A stretch of 64,000 nucleotides of DNA, taken from contig JANLRZ010000185.1 in assembly GCA_031362155.1 (NCBI GenBank), positions 6,282 through 70,281 on the forward strand. Direction: 5' to 3'. This DNA comes from Acidimicrobiia bacterium (GTDB taxonomy: Bacteria; Actinomycetota; Acidimicrobiia; IMCC26256; JAENVU01). Every line of letters starts with the position of its first letter. Position 1 is the stretch's first letter. Under the pieces are notes generated by a model. It was given only the letters and a program-made list of their open reading frames with translations, was not told where the DNA came from and ran no database searches. Made by a program: the position numbers and the translations under genes. This document shows, piece after piece, positions 37,731 to 46,914 of the stretch.

Positions 37731-38483
37731 CTAGACCCAGCCGCCGGAGTAGCCGAGGAACTGTCCGGTGGTGAAGCCACTCGTGCCATCGAGGAACGCC
37801 GCGCACATCGCCGCGCATTCCTCGACCGTGCCGAGGCGTCGCATCGGTACTCGTGACTCGATCTTCTTCCGCACCTCGGGGTCGTCGGCGCCGTTCGCGC
37901 GCCGGAACTCGGGAAAGTCCATGAAGTTGGTCCCGAGCGCGTTGACCTGGACCCCGGTGCGGGCCACCTCTCCGGCCACGTTCCTCACGAGCATGTTGGC
38001 CGCGGCTCGAGCCGAGGAGTAGAGCGGTGCGCCCGGGGTCGGGCGGGCGCCGGCCGCGCTGGTGAGGAGCAACACCTGACCCGACCCGGCCTCGACCATG
38101 GCCGGGACGACCGCGCGGAGGAACTGATACGGCGCCTCGATGCAACCGCGCATGACGCGGTGAAGATCGTCGACGGTCGAGTCGGTGAACCGTCCGATCA
38201 CGATCTGGCCCGAGAACGCAGTCGCCGCATCGATCCGCCCGAACCGGGCGACGGTGGCGGCGACCAAGGCGGGCGCCACCTCCGGATCGGCGAGATCTCG
38301 CGACGTCTCGATGACCTCGACGGTGGCGCCGGCGGTTTCGAGCTCGGCGACCAAACCCGGTTCGGGATGGGCGAGTGCGAGATCGTGGCCTCGATGGGCG
38401 AGGAGACGGGCGAGCGCCGGGCCGACGAAGAAGCCGGCATCGGCGATGAGCGCGACGCGTCGAGGAGGTGAGGAGGTCGTCAT
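37731..38483 (-). CDS. Short-chain dehydrogenase/reductase
   Basis: ATG 38483. ..VALIADAGFFVGPAL.. atypical glycine motif. ..YSSARAA.. is the catalytic Y-x3-(K/R)-like region. ..RLGTVEECA... Confidence 0.75.
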   Translation of the reverse strand: MTTSSPPRRVALIADAGFFVGPALARLLAHRGHDLALAHPEPGLVAELETAGATVEVIETSRDLADPEVAPALVAATVARFGRIDAATAFSGQIVIGRFTDSTVDDLHRVMRGCIEAPYQFLRAVVPAMVEAGSGQVLLLTSAAGARPTPGAPLYSSARAAANMLVRNVAGEVARTGVQVNALGTNFMDFPEFRRANGADDPEVRKKIESRVPMRRLGTVEECAAMCAAFLDGTSGFTTGQFLGYSGGWV

Positions 38484-38558
38484 ACGGGGACCGTAGACCG
38501 AGTGGTGGGCTCCGAGCACGTACGCTCCGGATCAGGCGAACCAACCGGGAGGAAGACC

Positions 38559-39665
38559 GTGCGCGCTGCTGTTCTCGAGGCTCCGAACACTGCTGTCGTG
38601 ATCGACGACATCGACATTCGCCCGCCGAAGCGAGGCGAGGTGCTCGTCCGGGTCGCCGCGTGTGGCGTCTGCCATTCAGACCTGTCGATCGTCGACGGGT
38701 CGTTCCCTGCGCCGGTGCCGGTCGTGCTGGGTCATGAGGCGGCGGGAACCGTGGAAGCCGTCGGCGAGGATGTGACCTCGGTGGCACCGGGCGACAAGGT
38801 GGTGTTGACGCCGTTGCCCCCGTGTGGTCAGTGCTACTTCTGTTCTCGGAACCAGCCGACACTGTGTGCGGTCTACGGCGCGTCGTTGTTCTCGAACCTC
38901 ATGCCCGACGGGACGAGCCCGCTGTCGCGCAACGGCGACATCGTCTATCGCGGTCTGGCGACGGCCGCGTGGGCCGAGTTCGCGATGATGCCCGAGGTCG
39001 GCGTCGTGAAGGTCGGCCCCGACGTACCCCTCGACGTGGCGTGCGTGCTCGGGTGCGCGGTCCAGACCGGTGTCGGCGCGGTGCTCAACACTGCCCGGGT
39101 CGAAGAGGGGGCGACGGTGCTGGTGCTCGGTGCCGGCGGTATCGGGATCGCGGTCGCTCAGGGTGCGAGGCTCGCGGCGGCGTCGCGGATCGTCGTGGTG
39201 GATCCGGTCGCGGAACGCCGGGACGCCGCCCTCCGCTTCGGGGCCACCGACGTGTGCGACCCGGGGGAGGACGACCCGGTGGCGATGGCGTTTGCGCTCA
39301 CCGGTGGTATCGGCGTGGATTACGCGTTCGAGGCGGCGGGCCAGGCCGCGTTGATCGAACAGGGGATCATGGCGGCGCGGTCGGGCGGCACGATCGTGTG
39401 CGTCGGCGCCCCGCCGTTGGAACAAGGGATCACCATCCCGATGGTCGTGGGCTTCACCGCGACCGAGAAGAAGTTGATCGGGTGTCTGCTCGGATCGGTC
39501 CACTCCCATCGCGACATCCCGCGCCTGCTGGCGTTGTGGCGGGCCGGCCGATTGGATCTCGAGGGCATGATCACGCACCGGCTGCCACTGAGTGAGACCG
39601 AGACCGCATTGGACCTCATGCGTCGGCGAGAGGGTCTGCGCACCGTCTTGACGATCGGCGAGTGA
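38559..39665 (+). CDS. Zinc-dependent alcohol dehydrogenase (class III / mycothiol-dependent formaldehyde dehydrogenase-like)
   Basis: GTG 38559 follows GGGAGGAAG. ..CGVCHSD.., ..GHEAAGTV.., structural zinc site CGQCYFC..C, Rossmann LGAGGIG. Confidence 0.85.
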   Translation: MRAAVLEAPNTAVVIDDIDIRPPKRGEVLVRVAACGVCHSDLSIVDGSFPAPVPVVLGHEAAGTVEAVGEDVTSVAPGDKVVLTPLPPCGQCYFCSRNQPTLCAVYGASLFSNLMPDGTSPLSRNGDIVYRGLATAAWAEFAMMPEVGVVKVGPDVPLDVACVLGCAVQTGVGAVLNTARVEEGATVLVLGAGGIGIAVAQGARLAAASRIVVVDPVAERRDAALRFGATDVCDPGEDDPVAMAFALTGGIGVDYAFEAAGQAALIEQGIMAARSGGTIVCVGAPPLEQGITIPMVVGFTATEKKLIGCLLGSVHSHRDIPRLLALWRAGRLDLEGMITHRLPLSETETALDLMRRREGLRTVLTIGE

Positions 39666-40324
39666 CGGGCATGGAGGACGACGGCGAACTCCTCGAGGAT
39701 GCTCGCGTTGCGGCCAGCAACTCGTTGCGGGACTTGGTGCACGCGTTCGTGCGCGCGCATCCGGGCGACGACGAGATCTACGGCGAAATCCAGGAACGAG
39801 CCCGGGCGTTGGCGGAGGTGCTCGACGCCGCGCCCCGGCGGAACCGGCTGGAGATGATGCAGGCGGCGCGTGAACGGCATGGGGGTACCTTCCCGGTGGG
39901 CGTCGCCGCGGGTGGGTTCAACGACCGGGCGGTGGCCGGGCTCGCGAATCCGAGCGCGGTCGACATCGAGGTGGAGCCGGGTGGTGACGAGGTCGTGGCC
40001 CGCATCTTCTTCCGCAAAGGTTTCGAGGGCCCGCCGGGGCGCACGCACGGTGGGATCGTGGCGGCAACCTTCGACGACGTGACCGGGTTCATCATCGGCC
40101 GGATCGGTCAACCCGCGTTCACCGGTGAGCTGACGGTCCGGTTCGTCGGACCGGTGCCGATCGAGACGCCCATCGAGATGCGGGCCCGGCTCGACGGGCA
40201 GGAGCGCCGCAAGCTGTTCATCAGTGCCGAGGCCACCGCCAACGGCGAGGTCGTGGCCACGTGCAAGGCGATCTACATCACGATCGATCCCAGCATCTTC
40301 GCCGCCGCCCCCGACCCGCGCTGA
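39662..40324 (+). CDS. PaaI-family (hotdog-fold) thioesterase
   Basis: ..GRTHGGIVAATFDDVTG.. block. GTGA overlap with the ADH gene. Confidence 0.65.
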   Translation: MTGMEDDGELLEDARVAASNSLRDLVHAFVRAHPGDDEIYGEIQERARALAEVLDAAPRRNRLEMMQAARERHGGTFPVGVAAGGFNDRAVAGLANPSAVDIEVEPGGDEVVARIFFRKGFEGPPGRTHGGIVAATFDDVTGFIIGRIGQPAFTGELTVRFVGPVPIETPIEMRARLDGQERRKLFISAEATANGEVVATCKAIYITIDPSIFAAAPDPR

Positions 40325-40341
40325 CTCGCCCGTCCTCCAGT

Positions 40342-40384
40342 GTTTGGTGTCTGGTGGTCCGCAGACGACCACCATGTGCCAAAC
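40342..40384. terminator. Two-tier hairpin between convergent genes
   Basis: GTTTGG-TGTCT-GGTGGTC-CGCAGAC-GACCACC-ATGTG-CCAAAC. Confidence 0.55.
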
Positions 40385-40404
40385 GGTGCTGATCGGCGCA
40401 GCGT

Positions 40405-41574
40405 CTAGTCCAGCGGTTCGTTGGGGACTTCGAAGTACTCCTGGTAGCGGCGGGCGCGTTCGCGCATCTCGCCCTGGTCGAGTTCGGTCGCCTCCCAGGT
40501 GTAGGTGTGCACTCCGTGCGCGCCCTTCGGGTTGGCGGCGAGGTACTCGCGCATGCGTTGCTCGGTGGTCTTGGTGAGTTCGAGGCCGAGGGCGTCGTAG
40601 ATCGCGCCGATCGTGCCGAACGGGTCGGTCATGAACTCGGCGAACTGGAGATCGACGGCCCGATCGGACTTGACGATTCCCTGCTCGCGCGCGTCGACCG
40701 ACCGGTCGAGCCCGTCGAGGATGTACTCCGCGAACTCGATCGCGGCCTCGGGAATGGTCGTGTGATCCGTCGCGAGTTCCCGCAGCTTCGCGACGAGCGA
40801 GCTGATCGACGCCAGGATGCGGAGCGGATCGCGATGGGTTTGGACCAGGAGCGCGTTCGGATATTCCTCGAGCAACGCCGGCAGCGACCAGATGTGGCCC
40901 GGCGACTTCAGGACCCACCGATCGGTGGGGTAGTGGGACTGGAGGTGCTGGAGGAAGATCCGGTGCCAGTCGTAGAGGGGGGCCATGTCGGCCTCGTGGA
41001 GCAGCCAGTGACCGTAGGACGGGACCCGGTAGGTGGTGGGGAAGATCATCGAGCGGAACTCGGAGCCGGTGATGCGCACGCATTCCTGGGGAAGCTGGGC
41101 GCCCATCGGATGCATCGCCCGGAACTCCGGGAGGACCAGGTCGACCATGTCGAGGGTGGCGTCGACCTCGGCGATGCGCGGATCGGTGGCGTAGGTCTGC
41201 GGCTCGGGCGGGGGACACGGGCGGTCGACTTCCCAGGTGAGCGGCACCCGGGTGGCGGGGTCGAGGGCCAGAAGGTCATGCAGGATCGTCGTGCCGGTTC
41301 GGCCCTGGCCCACGATCACGATCGGCGGCACGACATCGACGTCGCCGATCTCGGGGTGCCGGGTGCGTTCCGCCGTGATCATGAGTCGGTCACGGAGGTA
41401 GCCGGTGATCTCACCAGGGACCATCGCGGCACCGATGTCGTTCAGATCGGCTTCGCGTTCGAACGAGTCGACCAGGATGTCGAGTGCCTCGCGCCAACTC
41501 GGGGGACCGAAATCGTCGAGGCCGGTTTCGAGGCTCGCGGCTTCGATGAGGGCTTCGGTGTCGATCGTGGTCAC
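40405..41574 (-). CDS. Sulfotransferase-family protein (paralog 1)
   Basis: PAPS 5'-phosphosulfate loop GQGRTGTTILHDLL, ..LKSPGHIWSLPALL..THRDPL... GTG 41574 chosen. The longer ORF extension overlaps the divergent gene. Confidence 0.75.
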   Translation of the reverse strand: MTTIDTEALIEAASLETGLDDFGPPSWREALDILVDSFEREADLNDIGAAMVPGEITGYLRDRLMITAERTRHPEIGDVDVVPPIVIVGQGRTGTTILHDLLALDPATRVPLTWEVDRPCPPPEPQTYATDPRIAEVDATLDMVDLVLPEFRAMHPMGAQLPQECVRITGSEFRSMIFPTTYRVPSYGHWLLHEADMAPLYDWHRIFLQHLQSHYPTDRWVLKSPGHIWSLPALLEEYPNALLVQTHRDPLRILASISSLVAKLRELATDHTTIPEAAIEFAEYILDGLDRSVDAREQGIVKSDRAVDLQFAEFMTDPFGTIGAIYDALGLELTKTTEQRMREYLAANPKGAHGVHTYTWEATELDQGEMRERARRYQEYFEVPNEPLD

Positions 41575-41623
41575 GGCCGACACAGTAGTGATAGACGATG
41601 CGGTGACGGATCTGGAGGGACCC

Positions 41624-42739
41624 ATGACATCGGACGCAATCGAGAGTCGTGCCGCGTACGACGATCTGCTCGCGGCGTTGGCTGAGGTGGCCGACCAGTT
41701 CGCTGGTGAGCTGTGGGGTATCGCCGGACCGGAGGACACTGCCGGTTCCCTGCGGGCGATCGCCCACTTGCTGGAATCCGGCCTCGTCGGACACTTCGAG
41801 GATGACCCGGCGACGCCGGTGTTTCGCGAAATCGGCTCGTCGACGCGCAAGGTGATGGGTGACAACGCCGACGCGATCTACTACGACACGGCGATCAGTC
41901 ACGCGAACGCGTATCGGGTCACCGGGAACGTGGCCGGTGCGATCTACACCTCGTTCACCATCGAGGAGGGCGGAGGCGACGGTGCCTTCCCCGAGCGTAC
42001 GGCCGACGTGCTGAACGACAGCCAGTTCGACGTCGCCGCCGACGGGACCTACGAGATCTACCTCGGCGGCCCCCGACGTGACCGCAACTGGATGGAACTC
42101 ACCCCGGCCGCCACACGCATCACGACCCGGCACTATTGGGAACAGATTTGGTCGCCGGGTGTCGCGCCGGTCCCCGACGTTGCGTTGGCCATCGAGGTCG
42201 TGGGCGAATCGAGTGCGCCACCGCGACCGAGTGACGCGTCGGTCGCCGCGGGGTTCCGTCGAGTCGCCAACTATGTGCGGTCCCGGTCGATCGGCATGGG
42301 ACCACCGGCGGATCGGATCCAGCCCTCGTTCGTGTCACAGGAACTCAACTCGTTCCCGGCGCCGGTGCCGCCGCAGGATCACCCGCTCGCGGCGATGGAT
42401 GCGGCCTACAGCATGGCGCCCTACGTACTCGGTCCCGATGAGGCGCTCGTGATGACCATGCGGTGGCCGGAGTGTCGGTGCGCCAATGTCAATCTGTGGA
42501 ACCGCACGCTCCAGACCTACGACTACCTGCATCGGTCGGTCTCGCTGAATCGGGCCCAGACCCACTTCGAGGCGGATGGCAGCTTCCGGGCCGTCATCGC
42601 CCATCGCGATCCCGGCGTCCCCAACTGGATCGACACCGAAGGCCGTCCGTTCGGTCTGGTGTTTTGGCGGTTCATGCTCCCCGAGGGGCCGATCGAAACT
42701 CCGCGGGCCGAAGTCGTCCCCGTCGACTCGCTCGCCTGA
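41624..42739 (+). CDS. DUF1214-domain protein
   Basis: ATG 41624 follows GGAGGGA. ..GDNADAIYYDTAISHANAYRVTGNVAGAIYTSFTI.. resembles DUF1214 family blocks. Confidence 0.6.
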   Translation: MTSDAIESRAAYDDLLAALAEVADQFAGELWGIAGPEDTAGSLRAIAHLLESGLVGHFEDDPATPVFREIGSSTRKVMGDNADAIYYDTAISHANAYRVTGNVAGAIYTSFTIEEGGGDGAFPERTADVLNDSQFDVAADGTYEIYLGGPRRDRNWMELTPAATRITTRHYWEQIWSPGVAPVPDVALAIEVVGESSAPPRPSDASVAAGFRRVANYVRSRSIGMGPPADRIQPSFVSQELNSFPAPVPPQDHPLAAMDAAYSMAPYVLGPDEALVMTMRWPECRCANVNLWNRTLQTYDYLHRSVSLNRAQTHFEADGSFRAVIAHRDPGVPNWIDTEGRPFGLVFWRFMLPEGPIETPRAEVVPVDSLA

Positions 42740-42755
42740 TCGGACCCACGCCCAA

Positions 42756-42808
42756 CGAACCAACGCGCGGAGCGCACCCCAGGGGGTGCGATACCGGCGC
42801 GGGTTGGG
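42756..42808 (+). repeat. Structured intergenic repeat, copy B
   Basis: CGAACCAACGCGCGGAGCGCACCCCAGGGGGTGCGATACCGGCGCGGGTTGGG starts 17 nt after the DUF1214 stop and ends 2 nt before the convergent sulfotransferase stop. Confidence 0.75.
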
Positions 42809-42810
42809 GT

Positions 42811-44100
42811 CTATTCCTCGGTGATGCCGTAGTGGGCGACGTAGCGGGCGAAGGTCGAGCGCACGTGGTCCTCGTCGAGGCCCACGGATTCGAACGTGTA
42901 GGCGTGTTTGCCGTGCTTGCCTTGGGGCTTGGCCTCGAGATAAGCCCGAATCCGGTCGTCGTGACCGGCGGGCCATGAGAAACCGAGCCGGTCGTACACG
43001 CCGTGGAGTTGGGCCACCGGGTCGGCCATGAGGTCGAGGAAGTGTGAGTCGACGATGCGTTCGTTCGGGATCGCGCCGCTTTCACGTTGGTCGATCGCGC
43101 CGTTGAGGAACATCTCGTAGGCCAGCTCCATCATGGGTCCGGTCGCCACCGGATCGGCCGCGTCGCTGCGCATGAACCGCACGACGCTCAACAAGCTGGT
43201 GAGCGACGCGATGAACTTTCGCGGGTCGCGGTGGGTGTGAATCACGAGCGCGTCGGGATACTCACCAAAGAGTTGTGGCAGCGACGAGATGTGCGCCGGC
43301 GACTTGAGGAGCCAGCGGCGGTCGGTGCCATCCGGGGTGGCCCCTCGTGGGTCGCCGGCGTATTGGAAGGTCTGCAGCATCCGACGATGGAGTCGGTACA
43401 CACGCTCCACCGCTTCCGGGTGCTCCATCTGCCAGCCCATGAAGCTCGGGGTGTCGTAGTGCATGGACCAGTACGGACCGGCGAAGTCGAAGGCAAGGAA
43501 GTGCACGCACTCACACGGCAGGTCAGCGGCCAGTTCGTGCATCGTCATGAAGTCCGGGTGAATGTCGGCCCAGAGTTCATGCTCACATTCTGCGAGCCGG
43601 CGGCGCTCGGCTCGATCCGTGGCCGGGTTGGATGTGGCGTCGGCCCGGCGGGGCAGCGGCTGGGCCGCCTCCCAGCCGAGCGGGGCGCGCAGGGCCGGGT
43701 CGAGCGCCAGCAACTCCAACAGGATCGTGGTGCCGGTCCGGGGTGGACCGACGACGAAGAGCGGGGCGTCGATCGCTTCCTCGGCGACTGCGGGCGTGGC
43801 GTCCCAGTGCGCCTGGAGGCGGAGCCACGTTTCGACCATCGCGGTGACCTCGGCCCGAGTGAGGACGCGCCCGAGGAGGTGCAACCCGCTCTCGGTGTCG
43901 ACCGACCCGACGAACGCCCGGAATGCCGTTTCCCAACCGTCCCACTCGTCGGTCGCGACGGTGTGGCGTCCCGTACTGGTCAGGGCCGCGTCGATGATCT
44001 CCTGGGCGTCCAGCGGTATCAGGGCGCGAGGGTCGCCCACGGTCTCGCCGAACAGATTCAGTCGTCGGACCCAGTCCGGATGACGGAGTGATTCGCTCAT
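42811..44100 (-). CDS. Sulfotransferase-family protein (paralog 2)
   Basis: GPPRTGTTILLELL loop, ..LLKSPAHISSLPQLF..THRDPR... Overall collinear with paralog 1. Confidence 0.75.
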   Translation of the reverse strand: MSESLRHPDWVRRLNLFGETVGDPRALIPLDAQEIIDAALTSTGRHTVATDEWDGWETAFRAFVGSVDTESGLHLLGRVLTRAEVTAMVETWLRLQAHWDATPAVAEEAIDAPLFVVGPPRTGTTILLELLALDPALRAPLGWEAAQPLPRRADATSNPATDRAERRRLAECEHELWADIHPDFMTMHELAADLPCECVHFLAFDFAGPYWSMHYDTPSFMGWQMEHPEAVERVYRLHRRMLQTFQYAGDPRGATPDGTDRRWLLKSPAHISSLPQLFGEYPDALVIHTHRDPRKFIASLTSLLSVVRFMRSDAADPVATGPMMELAYEMFLNGAIDQRESGAIPNERIVDSHFLDLMADPVAQLHGVYDRLGFSWPAGHDDRIRAYLEAKPQGKHGKHAYTFESVGLDEDHVRSTFARYVAHYGITEE

Positions 44101-44202
44101 GAACGGTCTTCTTTCGTGAAAACGTCGAAACAGTCAAGTTTCGGGTGTTGAATCGCCGAAAGGACAAGAGCGCCCGAATCGCCGTCTGAAGGGGGTTGCG
44201 CC

Positions 44203-46914
44203 TTGACCACACCGACCCGGACCCCAGGTGTCCCGAAGCAGACGGTCGATGAGATCGCCGCGAGTCGCACGGCCCAGAAGCTACCGGCGCCACCGGTCTT
44301 TCGGCGGGAGGTCGTCGCCGTCCCGGTCGGCGGGCGCGGCAAGAAGGTCGTCGCGGATCTCGAGGCTATTGCCTTGGCCAATGCGGAGGCCGCGGAGGAG
44401 GCGCGTCGGGTGGCGCTCGCCCAGCGCAGCGCGCTGGAAGAGATCGCCGCCGGACGGATGGAAGCCGAGCGCCTCGTCGCGCACATGAAGCACGAGATGC
44501 TCGAGGCGCAGGCCGAACACGAGCGACTGGTTGCTCAGGCCCGGTTCCGGGCCACCCAGGAAGAACGGCGTCGTCTCGGGGTGGACGTACTCGGTGGCGA
44601 CGCACCGTCGAGTCCACCGTCCAGTTCGGCCCGGCGCGGCCACCCACCGACCGCGGCGGGCAATCCCGTGGCGTCACCAACCTCGACACCGGAATTCCGC
44701 ACGCTGCAAACCCAGCTCGCCGAACGCGACCAAGCCGGCGAGTCGCATCGCCAACGCCTGCTCGAGGCGCTGCGCGAGCGAGATGCGGCCCGCCTCGAAC
44801 TCCAACGTGTCAGCGACGCGCGCATGCATGCCGAGCGGCGCCTGGAACGGGTCACCGAGGTGCTGCATCGGGCTACCAGCGCGGGTGGGCCGCGTCCGGT
44901 CGGCGGGGACGGGGTCGAAGAGCAGCACGTTCGCGCGCTCAGGGACGAACTTGCAGTAGCGATCGCGCGTGCGAAGTCGGCCGAGGCGCGCACGAACGAA
45001 CTCCGGGATGAGATCGAGTCGGTCAAGAACCAGCGGACGAGCACGTCGGAGACGCTCGAAGCGACGCGGGGCGATCTCGATCTGGCTCGCGAAGAACTGT
45101 CGGGCCTCCACGCGCGCCTGATCGGGCTCGAAGCGGCCCAGGGTGCAAGCGGTTCCGCGGGTGAGGAACTCGAAGCGGTGAATGCCCACGCCCGCGAGAT
45201 CGAACGCGAAGTCGTCGAGGCCCGCGGTCGAGCGGTGGCGGCGGAGCAACGGGTCGCGGAACTCACGGCCGCACTGGCGACGACGAGCGGCCACGCAGAT
45301 GAATCCGAGGCGACGATCGGGACCTTGAAGGTCGAGTTGGCCGAGGCCCGAACCGAGTCGGCGCGATCCGAAGCGAGGATGTCCGAACTTGCCGAGCAGA
45401 TGGCGCGCATCGAGGCGGATCTGGCCCTCGCCACCGCGGCCCACAACGAAGCGGAATCGCGGTTGCGGGCGACCGAAGGAGAACTCAGTTCGGTCGACGG
45501 TGCGCGGACCGAACTTGACGAGTACGTCGCCGAACTGCGTTCCACCGTTGAACGCCACGAGGCGCGAGTCGCCGAGCTGGAACACCAACTCGACGCCGCA
45601 ATCAGCGATCACGGCGCGCATGCGATCGACCTCGAAGCGACCCACGCCGCCACCGCGGCTGAGCTGACCTCGGCGTCGGCGCGCGCGGAGCACCTCGCGG
45701 CTGAGATCACCACACGGGACGAACGCATCCACCAGCTCGATGCCACGCTGGCGTCGACGACCGCCGAACTCGGCGAGCTGGTCGGGAGGAATGCCGAACT
45801 CGGTGGCGATTTGGCCAACCGCGATGCCCGCATCGCGGACCTGCAGGCGCAACTCCAAGCGAGCGCTGATGCCCGGGCGTTGGTAGAGGGCGAACGCGCC
45901 GATCTGATGGCCGCGGCGACCGCTTCAGAGGAGATGAGCACCGAACTGGAATCGCAACTCGCGGCCCTGGCCGCCGAGTTGGATGCGCGTGACGGTCGGC
46001 TGGAGGAACTCGATGCGGCGCTGACGGCAGCCGTCGCGGAGTCCTCGGCCGCCGCCGCGCAGCTCGACGAGTTGTCGGGGTTGACCGATCAGCTCGAAGC
46101 CGCATTGGCCGCGCACGCGCAGACGGAAGAGGCCCTGGCCACCGCACGGGCGGAGCGAGATGTGGCCGTGGCGCAGGCGGACTCACTCACCCTCGAGCTG
46201 GGCCAGCGGGCCACCGACATTGCCGACGCCGAGGCCCGTCGGGAACAGCTCGAACGGGAGCTGAGCATGGTCGGCGCAGATCATGGCGATGTCGTGCAAC
46301 GGCTCGACGACCTGACCGCGGAGTTGACGGGCCTGCGGGCCGAGCGGGATGCACTGAACGCGGCCCGCTCGGAGTTGACCGATCAGTGTGAAGCCATCGA
46401 GAGCGAACTTGGGGCCACTCGGGTGCGGGCCGAGGAAATGGAGATGACTCGATCAGCCGACCGGCAAGTCGCCGAGAAGGCCATCGCCGGGTTGCGAGCG
46501 AAAGCCGAGGTCGCAGCGGCCGCCCAGGCCCTGGCCGAGGAAGCGGTCGGGGAACAGCGCGCGCGACACGCCTCGGAGATGGAGCGTATGACCGCCGAGT
46601 TGGAGTCGGCGCGCCAACAGGTCGACGTGGTCGACATCGAACTCAGCCGACGGCGCGAACGCGAGGAGGACCTTCGCCACGCGCTGGCCGCGGCCGAGCG
46701 GGACCGGGCCGCCCTCGCCGAAGCACTGGCGGCCGCGACCGCGACCGGCGTCGCGCGATCGATACCGACGGCGGAGCCGCCTCCGGTCGAGGTTCGTCCC
46801 GATCCTGAGCCGGTGGTCTCGGCGTCGTCGTCGGCCCCGAACACGTCGACCCGACCCCCGTCGGATCTGCGCCGAGCGGTGTTCGCGAGCCTGACCGAAC
46901 TCGCGGGCGACTAG
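44203..46914 (+). CDS. Very long coiled-coil protein (903 aa), no recognisable enzymatic domain
   Basis: TTG start. Ala/Glu/Arg/Leu-dominated heptad-like sequence runs almost throughout. Two short Pro/Ser-rich linkers. No Walker motifs and no TM segment. Confidence 0.7.
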   Translation: MTTPTRTPGVPKQTVDEIAASRTAQKLPAPPVFRREVVAVPVGGRGKKVVADLEAIALANAEAAEEARRVALAQRSALEEIAAGRMEAERLVAHMKHEMLEAQAEHERLVAQARFRATQEERRRLGVDVLGGDAPSSPPSSSARRGHPPTAAGNPVASPTSTPEFRTLQTQLAERDQAGESHRQRLLEALRERDAARLELQRVSDARMHAERRLERVTEVLHRATSAGGPRPVGGDGVEEQHVRALRDELAVAIARAKSAEARTNELRDEIESVKNQRTSTSETLEATRGDLDLAREELSGLHARLIGLEAAQGASGSAGEELEAVNAHAREIEREVVEARGRAVAAEQRVAELTAALATTSGHADESEATIGTLKVELAEARTESARSEARMSELAEQMARIEADLALATAAHNEAESRLRATEGELSSVDGARTELDEYVAELRSTVERHEARVAELEHQLDAAISDHGAHAIDLEATHAATAAELTSASARAEHLAAEITTRDERIHQLDATLASTTAELGELVGRNAELGGDLANRDARIADLQAQLQASADARALVEGERADLMAAATASEEMSTELESQLAALAAELDARDGRLEELDAALTAAVAESSAAAAQLDELSGLTDQLEAALAAHAQTEEALATARAERDVAVAQADSLTLELGQRATDIADAEARREQLERELSMVGADHGDVVQRLDDLTAELTGLRAERDALNAARSELTDQCEAIESELGATRVRAEEMEMTRSADRQVAEKAIAGLRAKAEVAAAAQALAEEAVGEQRARHASEMERMTAELESARQQVDVVDIELSRRREREEDLRHALAAAERDRAALAEALAAATATGVARSIPTAEPPPVEVRPDPEPVVSASSSAPNTSTRPPSDLRRAVFASLTELAGD

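Noticed and set aside
44329-44349. GGRGKKV in the coiled-coil protein, considered as a possible Walker A motif, which would suggest an SMC/Rad50-like ATPase.
   Set aside because: It does not fit GxxxxGK[ST], and no Walker B or signature motif occurs at the C-terminus.
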